The translations under genes were made by a program, and so were the position numbers. 64,000 nucleotides of DNA from Candidatus Dormiibacterota bacterium (GTDB taxonomy: Archaea; Thermoproteota; Bathyarchaeia; 40CM-2-53-6), in assembly GCA_035637535.1 (NCBI GenBank), contig DASPWZ010000032.1, forward strand, positions 16,421 through 80,420, written 5' to 3'. This document shows positions 56,153 through 64,000 of this stretch, piece by piece. Position 1 is the stretch's first letter. Each line of letters starts with the position of its first letter. The notes under the pieces are model-generated. The model worked only from the letters and a program-made list of their open reading frames with translations, made no database searches and was not told the DNA's origin.

Positions 56153-56740
56153 ATGAGCTTCATAGACGACATCATCCACTTCCTCGGCGGTCCAGTTCAG
56201 GACCTCTGCAACCCAAACCACGTCTCACCCGCCCCATCCTGTGCACCCCTCTCAGCCTTCATTGTACTCACAGCCGCGCTCATTCTCTCCCTCATCGCTA
56301 TGCTAGCTAACCGGTTCCTTGTGAACTACAAGATGGTCGCGAGCTACAGACGAGAATATATGAACTGGATGAACGCCGTAAGAAAAGCCCGCAAAGACGG
56401 AGACGAAAAACAGCTGGACAAACTAATGAAACGCCAATCAGCAGTCATGAAAATGAGCTCGAGAGCGACACTCGAACAGCTGAAAACGTATCCAATCACT
56501 ATCGTCCCCTTCTACCTGATTTACGCAGTGCTAGGCTACGCCCTATCATCAACCCCATACACGGCCTACGCCCCCTTCTTGTTTCCCTTCGCCACAATCA
56601 TCGGAACCGGAGTCGCCGCTGGACTACCCCTCTTCTTCTGGTACCTCGTCTGCTCATTCACAATCAGCATCCCCCTGTCGAGAATCTTCGGTGTCTCAGC
56701 CGCGTTCTCGATGGCACCGACCACGGGAGACACGAAATGA
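56153..56740 (+). CDS. DUF106 / EMC3-TMCO1-like membrane protein (archaeal Oxa1-superfamily)
   Basis: 195 aa with 3 TM helices and a basic coiled loop (RKARKDGDEKQLDKLMKRQ). Conserved position after adk. Confidence 0.75.
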   Translation: MSFIDDIIHFLGGPVQDLCNPNHVSPAPSCAPLSAFIVLTAALILSLIAMLANRFLVNYKMVASYRREYMNWMNAVRKARKDGDEKQLDKLMKRQSAVMKMSSRATLEQLKTYPITIVPFYLIYAVLGYALSSTPYTAYAPFLFPFATIIGTGVAAGLPLFFWYLVCSFTISIPLSRIFGVSAAFSMAPTTGDTK

Positions 56741-57009
56741 CAAACCCGCATCAGAGGACTCACGGCCGAAGAAGGCTCCCTGTAAGATTACCTTCAGGGA
56801 GGAGAACTTTGCATTTTGAGCCAAGAGCCCCCGCGAAGGCACAGTGTTCCCGCTGTGGAAGGGAACTGCATGGAGTTCCAACGTTAAAGCCGTTGAGATA
56901 TTCAAGGAGCGCTCGCGCCCCATCAAGGCCATTTGGAGGAGTATTGTGCCCGAACTGTCTCTCGACAGAGGTTCGTGCCCTGGTCCGTTCTTCCAGCGTT
57001 TCAACATGA
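56737..57009 (+). CDS. rpl34e: 50S ribosomal protein L34e
   Basis: 90 aa. RRRLPVRLPSGRRTLHF...CSRCGRELHGV. Confidence 0.9.
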   Translation: MTNPHQRTHGRRRLPVRLPSGRRTLHFEPRAPAKAQCSRCGRELHGVPTLKPLRYSRSARAPSRPFGGVLCPNCLSTEVRALVRSSSVST

Positions 57010-57566
57010 TCGTTACCGTCAGCGGGCCGCACGGCACAGGCAAGTCAACCTATGCTGCCCGACTGGCTGAGGCGTTGCGCATTCGGCATGTCTCAGCCGG
57101 GGCCGTGTTTCGACGAATCGCGAAAGAGAAGAAGATCTCTCTCGAAGAATTGGGTGAGAAGGCTCTGGACGATCCTTCCGTTGACAGACTAGTTGATGAG
57201 CGAACTATAGCTGAAGCCGACAAGGGTAATGTTGTTGTTGACGGTCAACTCGCAGGCTGGATTCTGAGGGACAGGTCGGATTTGCGGATCTACCTCACCG
57301 CTCCCGAAGATGTCCGTTTGGAACGAATTGCTAGGCGGGACAAAGTAAGCCTCCAGGAGGCTCGGGCTCAGACCGAACAGAGGGAATCTGTTCAGCGGGA
57401 AAGATATCTCAGACACTACGGGTTTCAAGTTGAAGATCGCTCCCTCTACCATCTCATTCTCGATACGAGTCTCGGTTCGATTGAGGATACAGCCAAAGTT
57501 CTTGTCTCGGCGGGTGTGATGGTTCGAAGAGCGAAGAGAGCCCGGCGGAAATCGACGAAACCTTAA
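57006..57566 (+). CDS. cmk: cytidylate kinase, archaeal type
   Basis: The track ORF runs 56844-57566. The real start is MIVTVSGPHGTGKST at 57006, with an ATGA overlap with L34e. Confidence 0.9.
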   Translation: MIVTVSGPHGTGKSTYAARLAEALRIRHVSAGAVFRRIAKEKKISLEELGEKALDDPSVDRLVDERTIAEADKGNVVVDGQLAGWILRDRSDLRIYLTAPEDVRLERIARRDKVSLQEARAQTEQRESVQRERYLRHYGFQVEDRSLYHLILDTSLGSIEDTAKVLVSAGVMVRRAKRARRKSTKP

Positions 57567-57609
57567 ATGAGGATTTCGACCGCGAAAGCCTTCTAGGAAG
57601 ATCGTCCCG

Positions 57610-57906
57610 ATGCCCACCATCGAAGTCGGACGCGTCTGTGTGAAACTCAACGGTCGGGAAACGGGACAGAAATGCGTCATAGTCGACGTGATCGACAAGA
57701 ACTTCGTCCTCGTCACCGGCCCCCAGAAGATCTCGGGTGTACGCCGTAGAAGAACAAACGTGAAACATATCGAACCTACCGAAGACTCCATCGATATCAA
57801 GAAAGGAGCCTCGGACGAGGATGTGACAAAGGCCATCGGCAAAGGAAAGAAAGCCGACACCTTCAAAGAAGCCGTTCTACCGAAGCAGGTTCTCGTAACA
57901 GCCTGA
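57610..57906 (+). CDS. rpl14e: 50S ribosomal protein L14e
   Basis: 98 aa. MPTIEVGRVCVKLNGRETGQKCVIVDVIDKNFVLVTGP. Confidence 0.9.
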   Translation: MPTIEVGRVCVKLNGRETGQKCVIVDVIDKNFVLVTGPQKISGVRRRRTNVKHIEPTEDSIDIKKGASDEDVTKAIGKGKKADTFKEAVLPKQVLVTA

Positions 57907-58013
57907 CAGATACCCGGCAAAAGCTAGGATCTATTTCCTCTCGGCAACCGTCTGCTTTTCGGTTGAGATTCTTTAAGAGACGCCGGATTCCACTGTTGAA
58001 GTGGAGATGATGA

Positions 58014-59043
58014 GTGTCTCAGCGGGCTCCCTGGGAAGAGCAGAGAAAGCTACTGGTCAAGCTTGAAGAGGAAACCGATCCCGCCCTAGGCTGTCCACCG
58101 ACGAAGAGGCCTCTCGATCAGCATCTTCGTTTCGGACTGATCAACCTGGACAAGCCTTCGGGGCCGTCCAGCCACGAAGTTGTGGCTTGGGTCAAACGAA
58201 TGTTGCGGATGAAGCATGCTGGCCATGGCGGAACTCTAGAGACCTTCGCCAGGTTGGAGCAATCCGATGGTTACAGGCGTGCTTCCTCTAGCTCTTGAAG
58301 ACGCAACAAAGACAATACAGGCGTTCCTGCTTACCGGCAAAGAGTACGTCTGCCTGATGGCGCTCCACGGTGACGTGGAAGAAAAGAAAGTCCAAGCAGT
58401 TCTCGAGGAGTTCGTCGGGGACATTCTTCAGAGGCCTCCTGTCAGAGCAGCAGTGAGGAGAGACGTGAGAAAAAGGAGAATCTACTATATTCGAGATGTC
58501 GAGATGGGTGGCCGCGACGTTCTGTTTAGGGTTGGATGTCAGGCAGGAACCTACATTCGGAAGCTCGTCTACGACGTTGGCGAGGTGCTTGGGGTTGGTG
58601 CGCACATGCGTGAGCTTCGGCGGACCCGGGCGGGAAGCTTCACTGATGAGGAATCATTCTCATTGTACGACCTGATGGAGCTGTCTGAGGCTAAGACTGA
58701 GGAGAGAGAAGTGTTGGCGAGGCGAATGGTGAAACCGATGGAGTCAGCCTTCGAGTACGTCCCAAGGATCTACATTCGTGACTCGACCGTCAGCTCAATT
58801 TGTCACGGAGCAGAGCTGGCTGTTCCAGGAATTGTCCGTCTGAGTGAGGGTATTGTTCCTAAGATGTCCATTGCGTTGTTTACATTGAAGGACGAACTTG
58901 TCGCCTTGTCGAAGGCGCTAATGTCGAGCGACCAGATGATGAAGGAGGATCACGGACTGGCTGCGAAAACGGTGAGAGTAATAATGCCTGCTGAGGCCTA
59001 TCCGCGCATGTGGAGAACGAAGACCGTCACAGTTCAGGCCTAG
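58014..59043 (+). CDS. cbf5: tRNA/rRNA pseudouridine synthase Cbf5 (TruB family), interrupted by a 22-nt BHB intron; exons 58014-58239 and 58262-59043
   Basis: The two track ORFs (58014-58298, 58267-59043) join into a 335-aa protein with [14 protein letters not shown] once 58240-58261 is removed. A PUA domain is at the C-terminus. Confidence 0.9.
58240..58261 (+). other. bulge-helix-bulge intron in cbf5 pre-mRNA
   Basis: agaccttcgccaggttggagca. The central helix is CTCT/GGAG, flanked by 3-nt bulges AGA and CAA. Cutting after the 2nd bulge nt on both strands restores the frame and the catalytic Asp codon. Confidence 0.75.
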
Positions 59044-59056
59044 AGCTGACCCGCTA

Positions 59057-59209
59057 GTGACTGAGAGTCAAGTCTCGTTCGTCTGCAACTGTGGAGAAGA
59101 GATCGTGATGGAAGTTAGGGCGGAAGAGGAGTACAATGTTGCATGTCCCAAGTGCGGCCAGGAGTACCGTTTCTTTGGTCAGAGTGTCTTGAGATGGAAG
59201 TCAGAGTAG
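59057..59209 (+). CDS. small zinc-ribbon protein (50 aa, not in the ORF track)
   Basis: GTG start. ...FVCNCGEEIVMEVRAEEEYNVACPKCGQEYRFFG... Confidence 0.35.
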   Translation: MTESQVSFVCNCGEEIVMEVRAEEEYNVACPKCGQEYRFFGQSVLRWKSE

Positions 59210-60061
59210 CTAGGATAATTGGAGAATGAGCGCAGCCGCGGTTGCCAGCCAGAGGGGAATCGTGACCAGTGCCCAGATGGCTCGGTTCCAAGTTAGGACT
59301 TTCTGCCCGTCGAGTATGAAGAAGGGTATCATGTTGAAAGCTCCCAGCCAGAGATTGACGAAGATGGCCCATGGAAGGAAATTGAAACCGTTGATGACGA
59401 ATGCTCTGATTCCAGCAGCTGAGAGCGCGGTGTACGCTAGACCGAAGATGCCTGCGGCGGCTATGTTGACCAGTGGTCCCATGAGAGAGATTATGCCGTT
59501 GGCTTTTCGATTCGTCGAATCGCCAATGTAGCTGGATCTAGACGCGATGTAGACGGCGCCTGGGGCGGCGAATACGAAGGTTCCGGGTGGTATGGCTGCA
59601 AAGACAAGGGCCATTATCGCTCCTATAGTCCAGAGTCTGAACTCTGCCCACGCGCCATATCTCTGCGCGGTGAACTTGTGCGCTAGCTCGTGGCCAAGAA
59701 ATCCTGTTCCAATTACGAGCATGGTGAGGAGGAAAACTTCTAGAAATGCGATTGGAGTTGCGAACCAGCCTGAGAACATGTATCTCGTCGAGAAGCTTAT
59801 TCCAAGAACAATCCATGCAGTAGTGAGGGCTACGAGCTCGCGTCTGGGCATCATGCCCAATCGTGGGGATTGAAGGAGTCTTAGAGTCGTTCCTGTCCGA
59901 CGGCGTTCCATCACGATGGGTTGCTTAGGGGCGCGGGCCTGCTGGATGTTGGGGCATTCATGGTTCTCAGGTAGGCGATGGTAGACGCAGTGTGTACGGC
60001 CGCAGTACCGGCAGACGTATGGGATGAATTCTTCTGCTCCGCATACTGCACAGCGTTCCAA
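59210..60061 (-). CDS. AN1-type zinc finger fused to an M50/site-2-protease-like membrane metalloprotease
   Basis: 283 aa. N-terminus CAVCG...CRYCGRTHCVYHRLPENHEC, HExxH (GHELAHKF), and multiple TM helices. Confidence 0.75.
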   Translation of the reverse strand: MERCAVCGAEEFIPYVCRYCGRTHCVYHRLPENHECPNIQQARAPKQPIVMERRRTGTTLRLLQSPRLGMMPRRELVALTTAWIVLGISFSTRYMFSGWFATPIAFLEVFLLTMLVIGTGFLGHELAHKFTAQRYGAWAEFRLWTIGAIMALVFAAIPPGTFVFAAPGAVYIASRSSYIGDSTNRKANGIISLMGPLVNIAAAGIFGLAYTALSAAGIRAFVINGFNFLPWAIFVNLWLGAFNMIPFFILDGQKVLTWNRAIWALVTIPLWLATAAALILQLS

Positions 60062-60412
60062 GATTGCCTCGTGTTAGAGGGTCTTAGTCACTTAAAATCG
60101 TGCCTCCAAAGGAGTTTGTGATAGTTACGAGCGCTTGGGAATCCGGGTAACGCCAGGCTTAGAATCATTATTCCTCACGTTAATGTTTCAAGGGTGGCGT
60201 CCCCCGGGCGCGAGCACTGCCATTCGCCCGTTAAGGGTTGTTGGCTGGCTCGCTCCCATCGCCACTCTCGTTAATCTTCTCAAGAAACATCTCATGCTTC
60301 CATCCTCCAAGGGCGATTTTTGTGGGAGTTTCGCATACTGATTTCCTTGGGTTAGCGTCTTCTGGCGCGCTTTCCAAAAGGGAAAATAGTCGGTGAAACG
60401 TTGCCCAGTTTA

Positions 60413-60536
60413 GCCGGGATTCCGGAGCCTGGTACCGGGCAGTCTGCCTAGCACGCGGGCCCATGTCTGGAATAGGCTCTACTGTCAGCCTGTGCCCCTT
60501 CGGGGCGCGTGGGTTCAAATCCCACTCCCGGCGCCA
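60413..60536 (+). tRNA. tRNA-Ser (type II, G73), 124 nt, intron-containing; anticodon unresolved (CTGGAAT = GGA is the candidate)
   Basis: GCCGGGA-TT-CCGG-AGCCTGGTA-CCGG...GCCCCTTCGGGGC...GTGGGTTCAAATCCCAC-TCCCGGC-G-CCA. About 36 nt are surplus around the anticodon region. Confidence 0.75.
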
Positions 60537-60544
60537 ACACGCTA

Positions 60545-60660
60545 TACGGTTCTAGCTCGTAAAGTGTGAAGGAGTTTTTTTGTTCAGACATACCCCTAGG
60601 GGGGTCGAGAAATAGTTAGTAGAAAAGAAAAGATAACAGATCCTAGAGAACTCCCAAAGC
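60545..60660 (+). repeat. tRNA-trailer module, copy R
   Basis: See 40290-40407. Contains the palindrome cccctagggg and a T7 run. Confidence 0.8.
60575..60581 (+). terminator. oligo-T (T7) terminator candidate downstream of tRNA-Ser
   Basis: A T7 run 39-45 nt after the CCA end. Confidence 0.35.
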
Positions 60661-61012
60661 GCTGTTTTGTGTCGCAGGAATTTTTTATTTTCTAAATTCT
60701 AGAAGAGGGGCTGCTCGCTGCCTGGAACGTTTCTGGGCGAATTTTCCGATTTTTCTCGCAGAATGGCCGAATCAGCCATTTTCAACTGGGCATTTGCTGA
60801 ATCATGCAAGCGTGAAACTGGGCTCCATATGGAACCCCCTCCTAGATTCCGGATCAGGGCTGATTCTGAACGATTTCTCTTAGGATCGTTCTGTGTGCTG
60901 AAAACCACGCTTTTGGATCATCCTGACTACGGGCCGGCTTTTGTCGTGTGAGCCTTCCTAGTCTTTCTTCTTGAAGTGTTTTTCCCAGAAGCCTTGCTTT
61001 CTCTTTGCGATT

Positions 61013-61045
61013 CTCGAGAAATAGTTAGTAGAAAAAAGAAAAACT
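61013..61045 (+). repeat. third, partial copy of the trailer module (direct repeat of 60606-60638)
   Basis: tcgagaaatagttagtagaaaa is identical in both copies, followed by A/G-rich similarity. Confidence 0.6.
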
Positions 61046-61247
61046 GTTGAATGGTTTTCGAGATCGCATTGTGACTGAACCGCTGACAAATTCGAAGCTG
61101 CGACGTCAAGGATTCAGCTTAGACAATCAACCTGTTTCGGTATCATGAAGCGTCTAGTCGTGAAACCCTCGCTCTATAGACGTCTTTTTGCGAATTCTCC
61201 CCGGTATAGCCCCTTATACTAGGAAGGCGAAACCTATACTGTTCCAG

Positions 61248-61559
61248 ATGGCAAACGGTCTCGACCTAACCACCATAACCTCCGTGCTCTCCGTTACAAC
61301 ATTCATCATCGGAATCCTACTAGGTGTGATTATCAAGAGAGCGATCAAGCTCGCCCTAGCTATCGTAGCCTTGGTCGGACTGCTCGTGGTCACAGGCTAC
61401 CTCAACTTCGCCTGGAGCATGCCCTCAGCAAATACAATCTACTACGTCTTCAACGGGGCACAACCAGTAGCCGCCCAAGCAGTCGGACTCGCTAGCCTGT
61501 TACCGATATCCTCAGTCGCATTTCTAGCAGGGGCCGCAATAGGACTCTGGAAAGGCTGA
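61248..61559 (+). CDS. hypothetical membrane protein
   Basis: ORF 61188-61559; the likely start is MANGLD at 61248. Three TM helices. Confidence 0.45.
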   Translation: MANGLDLTTITSVLSVTTFIIGILLGVIIKRAIKLALAIVALVGLLVVTGYLNFAWSMPSANTIYYVFNGAQPVAAQAVGLASLLPISSVAFLAGAAIGLWKG

Positions 61560-61665
61560 CCTTGTCCTACGGACTCTATCAACGATAATTCCCAACTCGA
61601 GAGCTCTGGAAGTTTCGGCCACTGGAGGAATTCTACAGAAAGACTGAGAGCCCACCTACTGTTCC

Positions 61666-62787
61666 TTATCTAAGAAAGGGCCAAACGTACTTCCAGGCCA
61701 AGAACGCTATGATCAAGACACCCGCAACCGCTAGGACTATTGAAACACGGCGGCCCCGTTTGCTTCTATGCTGTTTGGGCTGAAGATGCTGTTTTGGTTG
61801 AACGACCGATTTCTCCTCGACGGCTGCTTTTCTCTTGGGCTCAACTTCCTCGAGAGCTGATTTCTTCTTAGGCTCGTCTATCTCGACGGCCAATTCTTGG
61901 AAGGTCTCGACAGATCCAACATTTCGCATCAGCCATTTCGTGGAAACTGAGGGACGTGGGACACGGAAGACCCCTGAGCCTGTCTTTGCCACGAAGGCGG
62001 TCCATGCAAGTTCTTTCCTGTCCCGTAGCGCGTCGACCTCATGCTGGCGCATGGCGTAGTAGACGACTGAGCCGAGCATCTTCTCGACCTTGTTCGCGTC
62101 AAATGTGCCGGGTGTTCCCGTGCTTCTGACAAGCAACAGGTCCGCATCAGCCCGCAGATCTATATCGCCCCCGTAGAAACGGTGGAGACCCGCAACCATG
62201 ACCACCAACCCCTGGCGCATGCCACGCTTGAAGAGTTCGCCTCTAATGTCGTACCACTTGTCCAGCCAGTAATCGATCCTCCGCATCTTCTCCAACTGTC
62301 CATTGGAGTTTTTCACCTCGACGGTCCCAGAAAGTTTTCTCAGCGCCTTCGTCATATCATCAGCAAACAAGAGTATCGCCTTCGGAGGCTTCCGGAAACG
62401 GCCGAAGAGCTTGTCGATATTCTGAAACAAACCTGGAAGGTCACGCGAAGCGCGCAGTGCTTTCACATTCCTCTGACCATATCTACGCGCTAACGCTTGA
62501 GAAATCGATTCCGCCAACGTGGTTTTGCCAGTGTTTGGCTTTCCAAAGATTATGATGTTCAAGTGATGAATAGCATTGTCTTTGCCGCCCGATTCCGGAA
62601 GCGGATCAGGAATAAGCCCGTCAAGGATAGTGTCAAGGTCGAGCTTGTAGTGAGTAACTTTCGCGAGCGAGTCCTGGCTTGGGATAGCTGGCTTGGCAAG
62701 GGATGAGTTCAGAGTAGTGATATCTGTAGGCGCCCGTACGATACTCGTTGGCGCAGGAATAATGTCAGTATCTTCCGATTCTGACAT
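61666..62787 (-). CDS. P-loop ATPase with C-terminal TM anchor, paralog of the element ATPase at 51290-52417
   Basis: 373 aa. AIHHLNIIIFGKPNTGKTT, ILLFADDMTKAL and DLRADADLLLVRSTGTPGTFDA are near-identical to the first copy. Confidence 0.75.
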   Translation of the reverse strand: MSESEDTDIIPAPTSIVRAPTDITTLNSSLAKPAIPSQDSLAKVTHYKLDLDTILDGLIPDPLPESGGKDNAIHHLNIIIFGKPNTGKTTLAESISQALARRYGQRNVKALRASRDLPGLFQNIDKLFGRFRKPPKAILLFADDMTKALRKLSGTVEVKNSNGQLEKMRRIDYWLDKWYDIRGELFKRGMRQGLVVMVAGLHRFYGGDIDLRADADLLLVRSTGTPGTFDANKVEKMLGSVVYYAMRQHEVDALRDRKELAWTAFVAKTGSGVFRVPRPSVSTKWLMRNVGSVETFQELAVEIDEPKKKSALEEVEPKRKAAVEEKSVVQPKQHLQPKQHRSKRGRRVSIVLAVAGVLIIAFLAWKYVWPFLR

Positions 62788-62876
62788 GACTATCCTACCT
62801 AACGCTTCGAGGCCTTAACCGGGGTAGTTACGCACATCGTCGGCCCCCGCCATATCAGACATCACGAGTACTTCTT

Positions 62877-63497
62877 TCAGGTCCATTCGGGAACGAAGCT
62901 CCCGACAAGAATCACGATGAAAGCCAACCAGAACAGATTCCAGTCGAATGAGATAACTGAAAGCGTGTTTAGTGCGCCAATAATGCTGAGGAGCGGAAAG
63001 AAGATCCCGTCTATTCTGCAGTGGACCCTCCCGCAAGATCGACCGTTTATCAAGCAGCCGGTCCCCGCCCACGCGACAGCGATTACCCAAAGAGCTCCTC
63101 TAGCCGTAAGGGAGATTATCGAAGCACCGTAAGCTGCACTCGCTCCTATTACGAGAACAACAGGAACGCCCCAAAGCAGATAGCACCAGGGAGCCTTCTC
63201 GAAGTTTCTTCTACGTGACGAGTGTGCCGTAGGCTGGACTGGGAGTTCCATGACCAAACTATCTCTCGGAGACTTCGCGGGTGAGGATTTACGCTGGACG
63301 TGCTGATAGTGTTTCCGGATTATTGAAGGATCATGGGTCGTTACGCTGAAACTATTCCGGCAAGGACGGGGAGAACTCCCGAGAAGTTTCTGGAAAGTGT
63401 AGCGAACAAACAGTTCTGCGCGAAGATGAGAGTCCGCGGAGATCGCATGGGTCTTGCTCATCGCCCATGCCATCGGTATGTCCAATAGGCTTATCAT
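62877..63497 (-). CDS. hypothetical membrane protein with Cys motif (alternative start 63251)
   Basis: 206-aa ORF. The C-terminal 125 aa have 4 TM helices and GCLINGRSCGRVHC. The N-terminal 82 aa are of uncertain reality. Confidence 0.4.
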   Translation of the reverse strand: MISLLDIPMAWAMSKTHAISADSHLRAELFVRYTFQKLLGSSPRPCRNSFSVTTHDPSIIRKHYQHVQRKSSPAKSPRDSLVMELPVQPTAHSSRRRNFEKAPWCYLLWGVPVVLVIGASAAYGASIISLTARGALWVIAVAWAGTGCLINGRSCGRVHCRIDGIFFPLLSIIGALNTLSVISFDWNLFWLAFIVILVGSFVPEWT

Positions 63498-63519
63498 GTA
63501 AACGTGAAATCAAGATACG

Positions 63520-63922
63520 ATGCAGTCCTCTTCACCGAAGCCTAGGAGACCAGTCGGTGTCACGATAGTAGCGATTGTCGCTGCCGCGGGAGGTTTGCTC
63601 TCTCTCTTTGGGGGCGCGTCGGTTCTTGCTGGAATGGCTTCGGGACCTCTCGCCCTTGCAATCATAGTCATAATATTCGGAATCCTCGTGCCTAGCACTC
63701 GGCGCCGGATTCTTTACAGGAGCAAAATGGTGCTGGATGGGGGGCATCATGATCTACGTCATCTCGATAGGTCTCGGAATCGTTGAGATCATTTGCGGCG
63801 GCAACGTGGGCTTTATCGGAGGCATCATCAGAACCATTGCTGGAATAGTCATCCCGGTTTATCTTACTAGACCTGGTCCGAAAAGCTTCTTCGGCAAGGG
63901 CGCAAGCTCGCCCAGCAAATAG
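63520..63922 (+). pseudogene. small membrane protein disrupted by a +1 frameshift near 63689
   Basis: Frame 1 (..IIVIIFGILV) continues sensibly only in frame 2 (LALGAGFFTGAKWCWMGGIMIYVISIGLG...). Removing one c from gtgcctagc restores the frame. Confidence 0.45.
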
Positions 63923-64000
63923 TCTGACTTTACGGACTTCGGTCAACGCGGGGATTCGGCTACAATCCAATCGAACTCTCTAGGCTTTGTTGAGCTGTCA

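Noticed and set aside
57189-57920. 243-aa minus-strand ORF
   Set aside because: It is antisense to cmk and rpl14e, both unambiguous. It is a shadow ORF.
58006-58075. C/D-box sRNA (atgatga at 58006) upstream of or overlapping the cbf5 start
   Set aside because: No D box (CUGA) occurs at the required 50-70 nt distance, and there is no C'/D' pair.
60130-60412. SRP (7S) RNA gene upstream of tRNA-Ser, a linkage known in some archaea
   Set aside because: The region is too short. It also lacks the long GC-rich helices and the conserved helix-8 GNAR/AGCA-type motifs I would expect.
60231-60518. 95-aa minus-strand ORF
   Set aside because: It overlaps tRNA-Ser on the opposite strand, and its composition is implausible.
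40290-60660. A 20-kb chromosomal inversion mediated by the inverted ~120-bp repeats
   Set aside because: Each repeat copy sits in the same orientation relative to its own tRNA (immediately 3' of it). The arrangement therefore needs no inversion, and it cannot be tested without a reference genome.
60606-61045. CRISPR array hypothesis for the repeated gaaatagttagtagaaaa
   Set aside because: There are only two direct copies (plus one inverted at 40.3 kb), separated by ~385 bp. There is no regular repeat-spacer periodicity and no cas genes.

Overview
This is an archaeal chromosomal segment. The evidence is EF-1alpha, archaeal ribosomal-protein/RNAP clusters, TBP, archaeal-type adenylate kinase, mevalonate genes, and intron-rich tRNAs plus a BHB intron in cbf5, which points to a TACK/Thermoproteota-like lineage. 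All calls come from reading the sequence and ORF track and from remembered family motifs; no searches were run. Layout: (1) 0.5-19 kb holds surface and membrane proteins, a minus-strand homogentisate-pathway operon (hppD-FAH-HGD-Fe-ADH-ProDH), an LsrF-like aldolase, AlaX and two ABC exporters. (2) 19-23.6 kb holds a cupredoxin-like protein, a Vgb-like beta-propeller and two paralogous Zn-finger membrane proteins. (3) 23.7-40.3 kb is core: S10, EF-1alpha, GDH, UbiA prenyltransferase, HMG-CoA reductase, IDI type 1, mevalonate kinase, and S2-RpoN-S9-L13-RpoD-X-S4-S13. (4) 40,408-53,338 is a 12.9-kb element integrated in tRNA-Leu(GAG), with 46-bp direct repeats and a tyrosine integrase. Its cargo includes its own TBP, an MmeI-like type IIG R-M enzyme split into two ORFs, an Mrr nuclease, a membrane-anchored P-loop ATPase, and a translationally coupled pair of unknown proteins (47,878-49,901). 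That pair is my best candidate for an undescribed system. (5) 53.6-60 kb holds L15-SecY-Adk-DUF106-L34e-Cmk-L14e-Cbf5. (6) 60.4-64 kb holds tRNA-Ser followed by repeat debris and a second copy of the element ATPase. Other notable points: a 22-nt BHB intron splits the catalytic Asp codon of cbf5; SecY's conserved N-terminus has no canonical start codon; and a ~120-bp module is conserved just 3' of two different tRNAs.
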